NCBI GenBank assembly: GCA_020852255.1
Contig: JADZBD010000007.1
Span: 129,456 to 193,455, forward strand
Reading direction: 5' to 3'
Length of the DNA stretch: 64,000 nucleotides
From: Bacteroidia bacterium
Lineage (GTDB): Bacteria > Bacteroidota > Bacteroidia > JADZBD01
Shown here: positions 53,931 through 63,988 of the stretch, in pieces
Position numbering within the stretch: position 1 is the stretch's first letter
Layout: each line of letters starts with the position of its first letter
Made by a program: the position numbers and the translations under genes
Notes under the pieces: model-generated
What the model was told of the DNA's origin: nothing
What the model saw: only the letters and a program-made list of their open reading frames with translations
Databases searched by the model: none

Positions 53931-54463
53931 CAGGCTGTGGGTTGCTGTTCCTCCATTCTTTTGCGGGCGAGGTCGCGGGCAAAATCAATAAACACCTTAT
54001 ACGCAGGCGTGAAGGTGAATTTTTCTTCCGAACGTTTTTCAATGATTGATCTACGGCTGAGCATATTGATAAAGTTTTTTCTGGAATCTTTATCCTTCAG
54101 TTGTTTGTTGGAGTGGATCAGATCAATATAAGCAGAATTGGCAAAGTAATTTTCCACCTGGCTGATTTCGAATTCCGCATAGTTCAGCTCATCAATAAAG
54201 TTCTTCCCGTCGCGATCCAGTTCATAGCAGATCAATGCAAAAAATATGCAGATATCGCGGGAGGTGATTTCGCTTGTTTCCGAACTGATGAGGTAGGAGT
54301 AGTCTGTGGTAACTTTCAGCTCATAATCGAAAGAGGCCTTAAAGAATTCTGAATAAAATTCTTCCTTTTCGCGGAGTTCAATGAATTCCGGCTCGTTGCG
54401 TAACAGGAACTTCCCGTCAAGCAGGCTTTGCACGATGGTTTTGTGATACTTAGAATATTCCAT
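53930..54463 (-). CDS. Hypothetical helical protein, third gene of the SMC-like ATPase module (KITE/MksE-like by size only)
   Basis: 177 aa, no signal peptide, acidic. Overlaps the upstream 397-aa gene by 14 nt and the downstream LOG start by 1 nt. Confidence 0.5.
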   Translation of the reverse strand: MEYSKYHKTIVQSLLDGKFLLRNEPEFIELREKEEFYSEFFKASFDYELKVTTDYSYLISSETSEITSRDICIFFALICYELDRDGKNFIDELNYAEFEISQVENYFANSAYIDLIHSNKQLKDKDSRKNFINMLSRRSIIEKRSEEKFTFTPAYKVFIDFARDLARKRMEEQQPTA

Positions 54464-55643
54464 TTTTGTCTACTTTGATCTTTGGTACACGATAGGTCAT
54501 ATTTTCGGTCCGAATCCGGTGTTGGGAGGATTTATCGGGGAACTCCAGTTTCAAGTCCTCCTCAAACAGCAGTGTGGTAAATGCAAAGAATTTTTCTTCG
54601 TCGAATACTTCTTGTTTTTCGTTCCATTCTGTCCCGAGAAAATCAAAGAAATCCTCAACGGGGAGCGACTTGTCCAGCTTATCCTTATAGGCTTCGCGGT
54701 CGAACAGCCAGGCAGGCTTGCCACTTCCGGCTTCATTGATATATACTTTTTCCACCCGTTCGAATTGTTCCCAGAATTCTGTAGCGTTCAGCTCCATGTG
54801 GCGATTGTATACCATGTCGCGTGAGGTTTTGAGCATCTGAGGCACAGGCACATCGAAAGGATCCTTAAGAAACTCGATGAATCCGGAAAGAATGATGGAT
54901 TCCGTACGAATACGCTCGATCAGCGGTAACAATTCATTGGTAAGGATCTTCGATTGCCGCAGCAAATCGTCGTTGGTCTGCAGCAGAAAGTAATATAATT
55001 TTTCGAAGGCCTGGCGTGTTTGTTCTTCACTTACCAGTAATCGTTTCTCGTTAGCGAAATTGGCAATCTCGAAGAGCTTATTGGCGATGGAACTCGTATG
55101 GTGGATATCCAGAATTTTATTCATCGGGAGGATATAATATTCTATCCATTCCGATGCCTTCCGGATCTTATCGCGGTAATCTACTTTTTCCATATTGGCC
55201 TTCAGCTCCCGGGTCTTAGCGAGCAGCTTGAGGGTATTGTTTTCCACACCTTCAGAGAAATCGCGGGTTTCCGAGGTAAGGTCCGTCAGCCGCTGCATCA
55301 GTATGAACTTCTCCTCGTGTACGCCCTTTCGGATTTTCCGGAAAAGTTCTGAGATCGAGTGGTGATACTTCTCGATCGTTTCCGGAAGCATAGGTTTGAA
55401 TTCATTCATGATGAATTCCAGCAACCCGTAAAACACGGTGCGGAATTCATAATCCGTATTCACATTCTTCAGGATCTTGTACTCAGTGAGCTTTCCTTCG
55501 ATATCGTGCCCGTGACGTCCGCAGATTTCCTTCAGGGTTTCCTTCCGGATATAACCATCACGCGACTGCGCGTCGAAGAGCTCCTGGATCGGTTCATAAT
55601 AATGCCAGAGGAAATAGAGTATGGTTTTGGGTTCGGTCCTCAT
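54450..55643 (-). CDS. Hypothetical all-helical protein, second gene of the SMC-like ATPase module (kleisin/MksF-like by size only)
   Basis: 397 aa, K/E-rich, predicted helical, no enzymatic motifs. Starts 3 nt after the ATPase stop. Confidence 0.5.
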   Translation of the reverse strand: MRTEPKTILYFLWHYYEPIQELFDAQSRDGYIRKETLKEICGRHGHDIEGKLTEYKILKNVNTDYEFRTVFYGLLEFIMNEFKPMLPETIEKYHHSISELFRKIRKGVHEEKFILMQRLTDLTSETRDFSEGVENNTLKLLAKTRELKANMEKVDYRDKIRKASEWIEYYILPMNKILDIHHTSSIANKLFEIANFANEKRLLVSEEQTRQAFEKLYYFLLQTNDDLLRQSKILTNELLPLIERIRTESIILSGFIEFLKDPFDVPVPQMLKTSRDMVYNRHMELNATEFWEQFERVEKVYINEAGSGKPAWLFDREAYKDKLDKSLPVEDFFDFLGTEWNEKQEVFDEEKFFAFTTLLFEEDLKLEFPDKSSQHRIRTENMTYRVPKIKVDKNGIF

Positions 55644-55646
55644 GGC

Positions 55647-58316
55647 TTAGTTCTCGTTGACGTAGGACGGCGACCGTTCACCGTAAATGGCATTCACATT
55701 CTCGGAGATCGTGATCTTTCCCTTCTGCGGATAGATCATGTAATACTTGCTGAAGCCCGGAACGGGGTCGGGTGCTGCAAAGATGGGAATGAACTGATGC
55801 TGCCTGCAGAATTTAACAAGCTCCGGACGATTGTGTTTGTCGATGGTGGCTACCTCGTCAATAAACAGGGCGATCTTGTTCTCTGTGTCGTGAAGGGCCA
55901 GGCGGTTGATGATGCTCATGATGATCACCAGGCGGATCATCCGGTCCGTACCATCGGATTCTACCTGATGGGCCAGATCCACTTTCTTGATGGTTCCTTT
56001 GATGTCGAGATGTAATTCTATATCAAATAGTTCATCAAAAGAAATCTTTCTGGAATTGTCCAGGTACTGACTCAGGATCTTCAGGTTTTCACTTTCATGA
56101 TCGAGTTCAAGGATGAGCTGATCTGTGAATTCCTGGATCACAGAAATCGCTTTGATTTCATCCAGAAGCTTTTTATTGTCGACCAGTTCGATGCGTAGCG
56201 ACTCAATATCTGAGATGCGCGTTTTACTCAGACCATAGTTGAATTTATTGTAGATATAACTCTTGAACTCTTCATACCGGCGGAGGAGGGTATAAGCCGG
56301 ATTGGCGAATTGTGTGGATATGGACTTCAGCAGTCCGTCGATACTCCGCTCTTTGTCGCCAACACACGCAATTTCCTCCTCAAGGAATTTGATAAAGAGT
56401 TCCTCGTCGGCAATATTGCTGTCGATTCGGTACCTCAGATCATGGAATGCTGCATCCTTTTTGGATTTGAGGTCGGCACGATCGTGTTGGTGTACTTTGA
56501 TTTTATTGTAAAGCGCTTCCAGTGCTTCATTGCTCTCGTATTCTGCCGGTTCGATATTCATTTCCTCAAGTTCCAGCTTTTGGTGCTTAAGTTCACGGGC
56601 GCGCTCCTCCAGTGCCAGTTTTTCCCGTAGCAATTCATCCAATGACTCTTCCTTTCTAACGCTTTCCTGTTTCACATCGGAGAGTTCCCTTTCCAGCTTA
56701 CTTTTCTCATCTGTAAGTTTATCCAGCTCTGCTTTGATGCTGTTCAGCTGTGTTTCCAGCTTGGGTTTATTCCGGATACGCCGAAGCTTTTCGTTAATCA
56801 GGTCGATTTCTGATTTTACCTGCGTGAGATCCTTCTGAGCTTTGTCAAGATCCTTCACTACTTTATAGATTTTCTGAAGGCTGTCTCTTTCTTTGGTTTT
56901 ATATTCAAGCTCCGATTTGATTTCTTCCGCACTCCGGAATTCTTCAAGCTCCAGGTTTTTGGAAATGTCAATTTCTCCGTCGAAAATCTTAAGCGTTTTA
57001 CCCTTTTTTGTGATTTTGGAAACCACCTGTTTGCCGGGCAGGGATTTCATTTGTTCAGAAAAAACCGAGTTCATCAGTTTCCGGACTTCCGGCTGATCCG
57101 AAATCTGATTGATGAGAAGGTCCTCGTAGTTCTTGATCTGCGTTGCAAGCTGATCAATTTCAGCATCAAGGGCAGCAATCCTTCCTTTCAGTTGGTCTGC
57201 GGTATAGTTTTGATTCTCGATCTGGGTAACAGACACTTCGATTTCTTTTCTCTTTTTATCCAGGTTCTCCAGCGCTTCCAGTAAAAACTTTTCCGGCTCA
57301 AAGGCATTGATCTCTTTAAGTTCTTTGTCGAGATGGTCAAAGAACTGCGCCTTATTCCGTACATCGGAGATCTTCTCTCCCATTCGTTGGTTCAGCTCAT
57401 TTTCTCTTGGCTTCAACACTTCATGCAGCTCCGTTTTTACTTTAGTAATGTCGGTGTCTTTCTTAATTGCCTTTTGTTCCAGTTCGGGAACGATTTTGGC
57501 GTAATTATGGTTAAATGCGTAAAGAAGTTCCCGGACCACATTGGTTTTTGAGTTGTACAGGTTCACCTTGTCACGGAAAGCCAGAAAATCTTCTTTAATA
57601 TGCCGGATTGCACGGATCTGCTGATTGATTTTCAGTAGATCTGCGATATCTTTTTTATTCTTTTGGGAAAAATTCAGGTTATCGTTCTCCCTGTTATCGG
57701 AAATGATGAGTGCTTCCTTGAGCGACTTATTATTGATCAGCTTTGTATTGATCAGGTAGCGGTAAACTTTGGAAAAATTATTCGAGAGGCCTTCCGTTTT
57801 TACGGTGTCTTCCAGCCACACCACCGAATTGTTCTTTCTTCCACGTTGGTAGACGTAATTAAAAACATCCGTCTTGGTACGAAACTGCATGGGAGGGAAC
57901 CCTTCGTTGGAGAGCGTTTCTTTGATCTCATCAAAGTCCATGAGTCGTTGTCCCCCTTTCTCCGTCACAAAGAAATGTTCCTCACGGTAAGGAGTTTCGA
58001 ATTTGAAATACTCCAGCTCACCTTCGCTGTCGCGCTTTACCAGAATGCAGTAATGTCCTTTTTTGGTGACTTCAAAAACAATAAACGAGTTATTGGGACT
58101 AGGAAAATAGTGGTGGATCGTGTCTTTATCGCCCCGGCGGTTTCCGGAGAAGGTCATTTTATTCCCATCCACAATGAATAGAAAGTTGAGGGCGTAGATG
58201 AGGGTAGATTTCCCGATGTTATTCGGTCCAACCAATTGCAGGGAATCGCAGTCGTCCATGCGAATCTCTGCTTTTCCATATAATTTGGAGTTAAGTACTA
58301 CAATTCTGCTCAGCAT
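55647..58316 (-). CDS. SMC/Rad50/MukB-like coiled-coil ABC ATPase
   Basis: N-terminal Walker A LVGPNNIGKSTLIYALNFLF (AAA_15/23-like). ~550 aa of heptad-rich coiled coil (…ELEEFRSAEEIKSELEYKTKERDSLQK…). C-terminal signature-like ESDGTDRM, Walker B IALFIDEV, D-loop. 889 aa. Confidence 0.7.
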   Translation of the reverse strand: MLSRIVVLNSKLYGKAEIRMDDCDSLQLVGPNNIGKSTLIYALNFLFIVDGNKMTFSGNRRGDKDTIHHYFPSPNNSFIVFEVTKKGHYCILVKRDSEGELEYFKFETPYREEHFFVTEKGGQRLMDFDEIKETLSNEGFPPMQFRTKTDVFNYVYQRGRKNNSVVWLEDTVKTEGLSNNFSKVYRYLINTKLINNKSLKEALIISDNRENDNLNFSQKNKKDIADLLKINQQIRAIRHIKEDFLAFRDKVNLYNSKTNVVRELLYAFNHNYAKIVPELEQKAIKKDTDITKVKTELHEVLKPRENELNQRMGEKISDVRNKAQFFDHLDKELKEINAFEPEKFLLEALENLDKKRKEIEVSVTQIENQNYTADQLKGRIAALDAEIDQLATQIKNYEDLLINQISDQPEVRKLMNSVFSEQMKSLPGKQVVSKITKKGKTLKIFDGEIDISKNLELEEFRSAEEIKSELEYKTKERDSLQKIYKVVKDLDKAQKDLTQVKSEIDLINEKLRRIRNKPKLETQLNSIKAELDKLTDEKSKLERELSDVKQESVRKEESLDELLREKLALEERARELKHQKLELEEMNIEPAEYESNEALEALYNKIKVHQHDRADLKSKKDAAFHDLRYRIDSNIADEELFIKFLEEEIACVGDKERSIDGLLKSISTQFANPAYTLLRRYEEFKSYIYNKFNYGLSKTRISDIESLRIELVDNKKLLDEIKAISVIQEFTDQLILELDHESENLKILSQYLDNSRKISFDELFDIELHLDIKGTIKKVDLAHQVESDGTDRMIRLVIIMSIINRLALHDTENKIALFIDEVATIDKHNRPELVKFCRQHQFIPIFAAPDPVPGFSKYYMIYPQKGKITISENVNAIYGERSPSYVNEN

Positions 58317-58562
58317 AAAATGGTGATATTTAGGTGGTTCACCCGGCTTATAGGCCGGATTTCATTGCCCCGCTAAATTAACAGAATGAGGGTGCAGAAC
58401 CCGGAAGGATTATCCACAAAAATGAGGCATTGTTAATAACTGATTCGGAGGTTTTCAACAGGACTCAGGCCTTGACTTAAAGTATTTCTTTAATATGGTT
58501 GTAGTGCCGGAAATTGGATTATAACTCCCTCATTTTTTAGCCTTTATGACAATTTGACTGTG

Positions 58563-58570
58563 TATATTTG
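58563..58570 (+). promoter_or_regulatory. Bacteroidetes sigmaA -7 element (TAnnTTTG) candidate upstream of grpE-dnaJ
   Basis: TATATTTG lies 66 nt upstream of the grpE ATG. Upstream TTG-containing sequence is at 58554, but the spacing is not ideal. Confidence 0.2.
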
Positions 58571-58635
58571 ACCGCTTGTCATGTTTTCCTCAATGGTCAG
58601 TATTTTGATAATTAAAGGAAAAAATTTGTAATAGA

Positions 58636-59139
58636 ATGCAAGAGCAAAAGGAAGAAAAGGGTCAGCCTCTGGAGGAGCAATCTCCGGTGGAGGAGCAGAA
58701 TGTTACACCTGAGACGAGGTTAGCGGAGATAAATGATAAATACATTCGCCTCTATTCCGAATTCGACAATTTTAAGAAGCGCTCTCTGAAGGAGCGGGTC
58801 GAATTTGCGAAATTTGCGGCAGAGGAGGCGATTACCGCCATTCTACCGGTTTTGGATGATTTGGAACGGGCACTGAAAGTTGGCCAGAATAGTTCGGACC
58901 CAAAATTTGTGGAGGGTATTCAGCTGATCCACCATAAATTTCTTAACGCACTAAAGCAAAAAGGAGTAGAGGAGATTAAAGCGGAACAAGAGGATTTTAA
59001 TACGGATATTCACGAAGCCATTACGAATATTCCGGCTCCTTCGGAAGACAAGAAGGGTAAGGTTATTGAATGTGTGGAGAAGGGATATTATTTAAACGGC
59101 AAGGTTATCCGATTCGCAAAAGTAGTGGTAGGGATATAG
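58636..59139 (+). CDS. grpE: Nucleotide exchange factor GrpE
   Basis: …[16 protein letters not shown]…[12 protein letters not shown]… GrpE signature. 167 aa. Confidence 0.9.
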   Translation: MQEQKEEKGQPLEEQSPVEEQNVTPETRLAEINDKYIRLYSEFDNFKKRSLKERVEFAKFAAEEAITAILPVLDDLERALKVGQNSSDPKFVEGIQLIHHKFLNALKQKGVEEIKAEQEDFNTDIHEAITNIPAPSEDKKGKVIECVEKGYYLNGKVIRFAKVVVGI

Positions 59140-59158
59140 CCTGCTGATAAATGAATCT

Positions 59159-60292
59159 ATGAGTAAAAGAGATTTCTACGATGTTTTAGGTGTTCCGAAA
59201 GGAGCCACTTCCGACGAAATTAAAAAAGCGTATCGGAAAAAGGCCATTGAATTCCATCCGGATAAGAATCCCGGCAACAAGGATGCGGAAGAGAAGTTCA
59301 AGGAAGCAGCGGAAGCGTATGATGTGCTGAGCAACGCGGATAAAAAATCACGCTACGATCAGTTCGGGCATGCCGGAATGGGTGGGAACGGAGGAGCGCA
59401 CGGCTATGGTGGCGGAATGAACATGGATGATATTTTCTCACAGTTCGGAGATATTTTCGGTGGGCATTTTGGTTTCGGCGGAGGGGGCGGACGACGCGTG
59501 AACCGGGGTTCAAACCTGCGTATAAAGGTTAAATTAACGCTTGAAGAGATTGCTTCGGGGGTCGAAAAAAAGATTAAAGTCAACAAATATGTTGCCTGCG
59601 AGCCCTGTAAAGGCACAGGTGCCAAGGCGGGATCCGGATTTAATTCCTGTGGAACGTGCAAAGGTTCCGGAGTTGTGATGCGCGTGACTAGCACCTTCCT
59701 GGGCCGAATGCAAACGACCACCACCTGTCCGGATTGTGGAGGAGAAGGTCAAACGATCAAAGACCGATGTACGAAATGTCACAGTGATGGTATTATCAGA
59801 GGTGAGGAGGTGATCAGCATTAATATTCCTGCCGGAGTAGGGGAGGGGATGCAACTTTCTGTTGGTGGAAAGGGAAATGCCGCGGCACGCGGCGGTGTGA
59901 ACGGCGATCTGATCGTAGTGATCGAAGAGCAGGAACATGAACACCTCGTGCGGGAAGGCAATCATCTCCTTTATGATCTTCATATCAGCATTCCGGACGC
60001 CGCGCTCGGAACTTCCTGCGAAATTCCCACCCTTGACGGAAAGGCGAAGATTAAAGTAGAACCGGGCACACAAGGAGGAAAAGTGCTTCGCCTGAAAGGC
60101 AAAGGTATTCCGGATATCAACGGCTATGGCAAAGGAGACTTGTTGGTCAGTGTGAATATTTATACTCCTGCACATTTGTCTGCAGAGGAAAAAAAGATAA
60201 TGGAAAAACTGAAGGATTCCAAGAACTTCAAACCCGATCCCGCCAAAAACGAAAGAAGCTTTTTCGATCGGATGAGGGAGTACTTTGAATGA
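59159..60292 (+). CDS. dnaJ: Molecular chaperone DnaJ
   Basis: J-domain with HPDKN, G/F-rich linker, four CxxCxGxG zinc-finger repeats, C-terminal domains. 377 aa. Confidence 0.95.
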   Translation: MSKRDFYDVLGVPKGATSDEIKKAYRKKAIEFHPDKNPGNKDAEEKFKEAAEAYDVLSNADKKSRYDQFGHAGMGGNGGAHGYGGGMNMDDIFSQFGDIFGGHFGFGGGGGRRVNRGSNLRIKVKLTLEEIASGVEKKIKVNKYVACEPCKGTGAKAGSGFNSCGTCKGSGVVMRVTSTFLGRMQTTTTCPDCGGEGQTIKDRCTKCHSDGIIRGEEVISINIPAGVGEGMQLSVGGKGNAAARGGVNGDLIVVIEEQEHEHLVREGNHLLYDLHISIPDAALGTSCEIPTLDGKAKIKVEPGTQGGKVLRLKGKGIPDINGYGKGDLLVSVNIYTPAHLSAEEKKIMEKLKDSKNFKPDPAKNERSFFDRMREYFE

Positions 60293-61239
60293 GCACCCCG
60301 ATTATTTCCACCGAGAACGTTGTGAAACGATTTGCCGGGCATACCGCCCTGGATGATATAAGTATTTCTGTGCCGGAAGGGAGCATTTACGGCCTGCTGG
60401 GCCCTAATGGTGCAGGAAAAACAACACTAATCCGGATTATCAATCAGATTACCGGACCCGACTCGGGTGTGGTACTTTTTAAGGGCGAAAGGCTAAATCC
60501 CGGCCACGGCGAACAGATCGGCTACCTGCCGGAAGAACGCGGCCTGTATAAGAAAATGAAAGTGGGAGAGCAATTGTTGTACCTGGCCAGGTTGAAAGGG
60601 CTCAGCCGGAAGGAAGCAATGAACCGGCTTCAGTACTGGTTCGAGAAATTTGAAATAACCGGCTGGTGGCATAAAAAGGTAGAGGAACTGTCAAAAGGAA
60701 TGGCGCAAAAGGTTCAGTTTATTGTGACCGTGCTTCACGAGCCTAAGCTTCTGATTCTCGACGAGCCATTTTCTGGTTTTGATCCCATCAACGCTTCCCT
60801 GATCAGGAATGAGATCATGGAGCTGCAGCGGAAGGGCGCTACGGTGATTTTTTCTACACACAATATGGGAAGTGTCGAGGAACTTTGTGATCAGATTGCA
60901 CTGATTAACCGGTCAAAAAAAATCCTGGAAGGTTCTGTCAGGGAAATCAAAAATAAATACAGGATGAATGTGTACGAAGTGGAGTTTACAGGCAACTGGA
61001 TCGGGTTTGCGAACGCCCTGTGGTCGGGAGCGGAATTGATGGAAAAATCCGAAGACGCAGAACTTAAAAAGGCTAAGATCCGGCTCCGTAATGATCATAC
61101 ACCCAATGATCTGTTGAACGCGATCCTGCCTTTCGCAAAAATCCATGCGCTTCACGAAGTGATTCCCAACATGAATGATATTTTTATTAAGTGTGTCACC
61201 GACGGAAACGCAGGTAGTCACTCAGCTTTCACCGAATGA
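60289..61239 (+). CDS. ABC transporter ATP-binding protein
   Basis: Walker [13 protein letters not shown], signature LSKGMAQK, Walker B LILDEP. Overlaps the dnaJ stop. Confidence 0.85.
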   Translation: MSTPIISTENVVKRFAGHTALDDISISVPEGSIYGLLGPNGAGKTTLIRIINQITGPDSGVVLFKGERLNPGHGEQIGYLPEERGLYKKMKVGEQLLYLARLKGLSRKEAMNRLQYWFEKFEITGWWHKKVEELSKGMAQKVQFIVTVLHEPKLLILDEPFSGFDPINASLIRNEIMELQRKGATVIFSTHNMGSVEELCDQIALINRSKKILEGSVREIKNKYRMNVYEVEFTGNWIGFANALWSGAELMEKSEDAELKKAKIRLRNDHTPNDLLNAILPFAKIHALHEVIPNMNDIFIKCVTDGNAGSHSAFTE

Positions 61240-62600
61240 GCAGAGCTAAAAATAAGATCGGAATCATTATTCAGCGGGAATATTTTTCACGCGTGCTGAA
61301 AAAGTCATTCTGGATTATGTCTTTCCTGCCACCGATTCTGATCACCGGGCTTTTCGGACTGATCATTTATTTTGCGCTTCAGGATACCTCGGTAAGCAGG
61401 GTGGCGGTTGTCAACGAAAGCCCCATCTACTCAAAGGAAGATTTTAAAAACACATCGTACGTGCATTACGATTATGTTGAAGGATTGTCGGAAAACGAAG
61501 GTAAAAAGCTCCTCTACGCTTCTGATTATACCGCTTTTCTGTGGATCCCGCCCGGACAAGGGGTGCTAACGGGTCATGTGAATATGTATTACAAAAAGCA
61601 GCCCGGAATCATTATTGAGGGTACGATCCGATCTAATCTGGAAAATGTACTGTATAATTTTCTTCTTGAACAGGACAGTATTGATCCCCAAAAAGTAGCT
61701 AATGCACGAAAGCCCGTACGAATGGTAACCCAGAAGATCGACGAGCAGGGTAATGAGAAGACAATCAGCTCCGAAGTGAATATGTTCATCGGTTTCGGAA
61801 GCGCGATCCTGATATATATGTTCATTTTTCTATATGGGGTTCAGGTAATGCGGGGAGTGATCGAGGAGAAAACGAACAGGATTGTAGAGGTCATAGTAAG
61901 TTCCGTAAAACCTTTTCAACTGATGCTTGGAAAGATCATTGGCGTTTCACTGGTTGGTCTCACGCAACTGTTGTTATGGGGAGCACTTACAGGAATACTT
62001 GTTTCTTTTACGGGCGGAATGATTGCCGACAATCCCGACCTGGTTCTTCAGCAGGTGCAGCCAAAGCAGGAGATTATTAAAATGGGTGCCAATGTAAACG
62101 CGCTGGATCTGACACCGGAAAGAAGGGATGATCCAAAAAATACCATTGCAAATATCTACAGTGCGCTTGCGAATCAAAATATTCCTTTGCTCGTAGTGTC
62201 ATTCCTGTTCTATTTTCTTGGCGGATATTTGTTGTATGGCGCATTTTTCGCGGCCTTTGGCAGCGCGGTTGACAGTGAAACAGATACGCAGCAATTTATG
62301 CTGCCGGTTTCCATTCCGCTAATCATGGGATTTATGGCAGCACAATTCGTGATGCAGAACCCCGAGGGATCAGTTGGTTTTTGGCTTTCTATATTCCCCC
62401 TTACCTCCCCGGTTGTTATGATGGTTCGCCTGCCCTTCGGGGTTCCCGGATGGGAACTGGCTTTGTCCATGTTCCTTCTGGTCATTGCATTTGTATTTAC
62501 TACCTGGCTGGCCGGAAGAATTTATCGCACTGGAATTCTCATGTACGGAAAGAAAACAACGTGGAAGGAATTAGGTAAATGGTTATTTTATAAAGGATGA
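61236..62600 (+). CDS. ABC-2 family transporter permease
   Basis: N-terminal TM, ~150-aa periplasmic loop, five C-terminal TM helices. Start overlaps the ATPase stop. Confidence 0.7.
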   Translation: MSRAKNKIGIIIQREYFSRVLKKSFWIMSFLPPILITGLFGLIIYFALQDTSVSRVAVVNESPIYSKEDFKNTSYVHYDYVEGLSENEGKKLLYASDYTAFLWIPPGQGVLTGHVNMYYKKQPGIIIEGTIRSNLENVLYNFLLEQDSIDPQKVANARKPVRMVTQKIDEQGNEKTISSEVNMFIGFGSAILIYMFIFLYGVQVMRGVIEEKTNRIVEVIVSSVKPFQLMLGKIIGVSLVGLTQLLLWGALTGILVSFTGGMIADNPDLVLQQVQPKQEIIKMGANVNALDLTPERRDDPKNTIANIYSALANQNIPLLVVSFLFYFLGGYLLYGAFFAAFGSAVDSETDTQQFMLPVSIPLIMGFMAAQFVMQNPEGSVGFWLSIFPLTSPVVMMVRLPFGVPGWELALSMFLLVIAFVFTTWLAGRIYRTGILMYGKKTTWKELGKWLFYKG

Positions 62601-63535
62601 TCGTCGGCATTATTGATCTGGGTACCAATACTTTTAATCTGTTGATTGTTGAATCGAACAGGGAAGAGCAGAAACGTCTGTTCAAGACAAAGATACCGGT
62701 GAGGCTGGGGGAAGGTGGGATGGAAAAGAAGAATATTCAACCGGCCGCCTTTGAGCGGGGGATTTCTGCACTGAAACAATTCAAGGACATTGGAAAAGCA
62801 AGAGGAGTACAGAACTGGGTTGCCTATGGTACCTCCGCACTTCGAACCGCCAAGAATGCAGCAAAATTTATTGCTGAGGCAAAAAAGCTAACCGGATTGG
62901 AAATTACAATCATTCCGGGTTTCAAAGAAGCGGAATTCATCTACCGCGGAGTGAAGGCCGGGATTGAAATAGGAGAGGAGCCCGTTCTTATTCTGGACAT
63001 CGGCGGAGGAAGTAATGAATTTATTATTGCCAACAGTAAGGAGGTATTCTGGAAGGAGAGTGTTGATCTCGGGATGCAACGGCTAATGGAAAAATTTAAG
63101 ATCAAGGATCCGTTCAATGAGACCGTACAGGAAAAACTGACTGCCCACTTTGACGCTTTCCTGAAAAATCTGGAAACGGCCATTGCCCTTCACAAGCCGA
63201 AAGTACTCATCGGCGCAGCCGGATCATTTGAATCCTTTGTGCTTATTCTGAATAACGCAGATAAGTTTTCTGATGTTGCCGGGAAGAATTCCTACTGCGA
63301 CATTGACATTAAAAAGTTCATGCTTCTGGAGGAACAACTGCGGAGTTCAAAACATGCCGAGCGCGAAAAAATGAAAGGACTGGAGTCTTTCCGCGTAGAC
63401 GCCATTGTGCCGGCGGCATTCTTCACGAGGTACATTTTAAAAAAATGTAACCTGCGCCAATTCCGTATGACTACTCATAGTCTGAAGGACGGAATTGACA
63501 CAGGCCGGATGATTTTTAAGCCGGTTAGGATCTGA
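62597..63535 (+). CDS. Ppx/GppA family exopolyphosphatase / guanosine pentaphosphate phosphohydrolase
   Basis: N-terminal GIIDLGTNTFNLLIVE and actin-like ATPase-fold phosphate loops (LDIGGGSNEF). 312 aa. Confidence 0.8.
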   Translation: MIVGIIDLGTNTFNLLIVESNREEQKRLFKTKIPVRLGEGGMEKKNIQPAAFERGISALKQFKDIGKARGVQNWVAYGTSALRTAKNAAKFIAEAKKLTGLEITIIPGFKEAEFIYRGVKAGIEIGEEPVLILDIGGGSNEFIIANSKEVFWKESVDLGMQRLMEKFKIKDPFNETVQEKLTAHFDAFLKNLETAIALHKPKVLIGAAGSFESFVLILNNADKFSDVAGKNSYCDIDIKKFMLLEEQLRSSKHAEREKMKGLESFRVDAIVPAAFFTRYILKKCNLRQFRMTTHSLKDGIDTGRMIFKPVRI

Positions 63536-63550
63536 TGCCTTGTCCGAAGG

Positions 63551-63988
63551 CTATAATTTTTTATACACACTTGTTCCAATGAATTTCTGGCTGCATTGGT
63601 ATTCTTTCAGCCGGAGTTCGGAGGAAGAGGCTTTGAGTACCTCCATCTCCCTGGGATCAATGGTTACCGCCGGATCATCAGGCATATCTTTGCAATCGTA
63701 AAATTTTAGCGTGGAAGTGCCGCGAAAAGTCCATTTGCCCATCTCAATAACCTTCCCCTTAAGTTTGATGGAATAAGTACTGTCCTTGCTGATCTGAAGC
63801 ATGGGAAGATGTATCCCAAAATCACATTCATGCTCCACATCTTTGTCCTTTCCCTTCACCATCTCCTTGATGATGTAGGTGTGCTTGTCCATTTTCCATA
63901 AGCCAACAAGGTTATGTGGGTCAATAGCTTTTTGTGTGAAAGCGAACAGGAGAAGTCCGCCTATGGAGTATAAGAATAGCTTTTTCAT
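63551..63988 (-). CDS. Hypothetical lipoprotein (lipocalin-like size)
   Basis: Signal peptide MKKLFLYSIGGLLLFAF. 145 aa. No recognisable domain. Confidence 0.4.
   Translation of the reverse strand: MKKLFLYSIGGLLLFAFTQKAIDPHNLVGLWKMDKHTYIIKEMVKGKDKDVEHECDFGIHLPMLQISKDSTYSIKLKGKVIEMGKWTFRGTSTLKFYDCKDMPDDPAVTIDPREMEVLKASSSELRLKEYQCSQKFIGTSVYKKL

Noticed and set aside
53002-54131. 385-aa plus-strand ORF
   Set aside because: Antisense shadow of the strongly supported thiolase and LOG genes. Low-complexity composition and no motifs.
55359-58181. Several plus-strand ORFs (218 aa, 172 aa and shorter) inside the SMC-like ATPase gene
   Set aside because: Antisense to a long ORF with Walker A/B motifs in register. 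Open frames are expected opposite K/E-rich coiled-coil coding sequence.
58320-58635. Possible CIRCE heat-shock operator upstream of grpE-dnaJ
   Set aside because: No TTAGCACTC-N9-GAGTGCTAA-like inverted repeat is present. Only a weak sigmaA -7-like TATATTTG motif was found.
59534-60175. 213-aa minus-strand ORF
   Set aside because: Antisense to dnaJ, whose J-domain and zinc-finger repeats are unambiguous.
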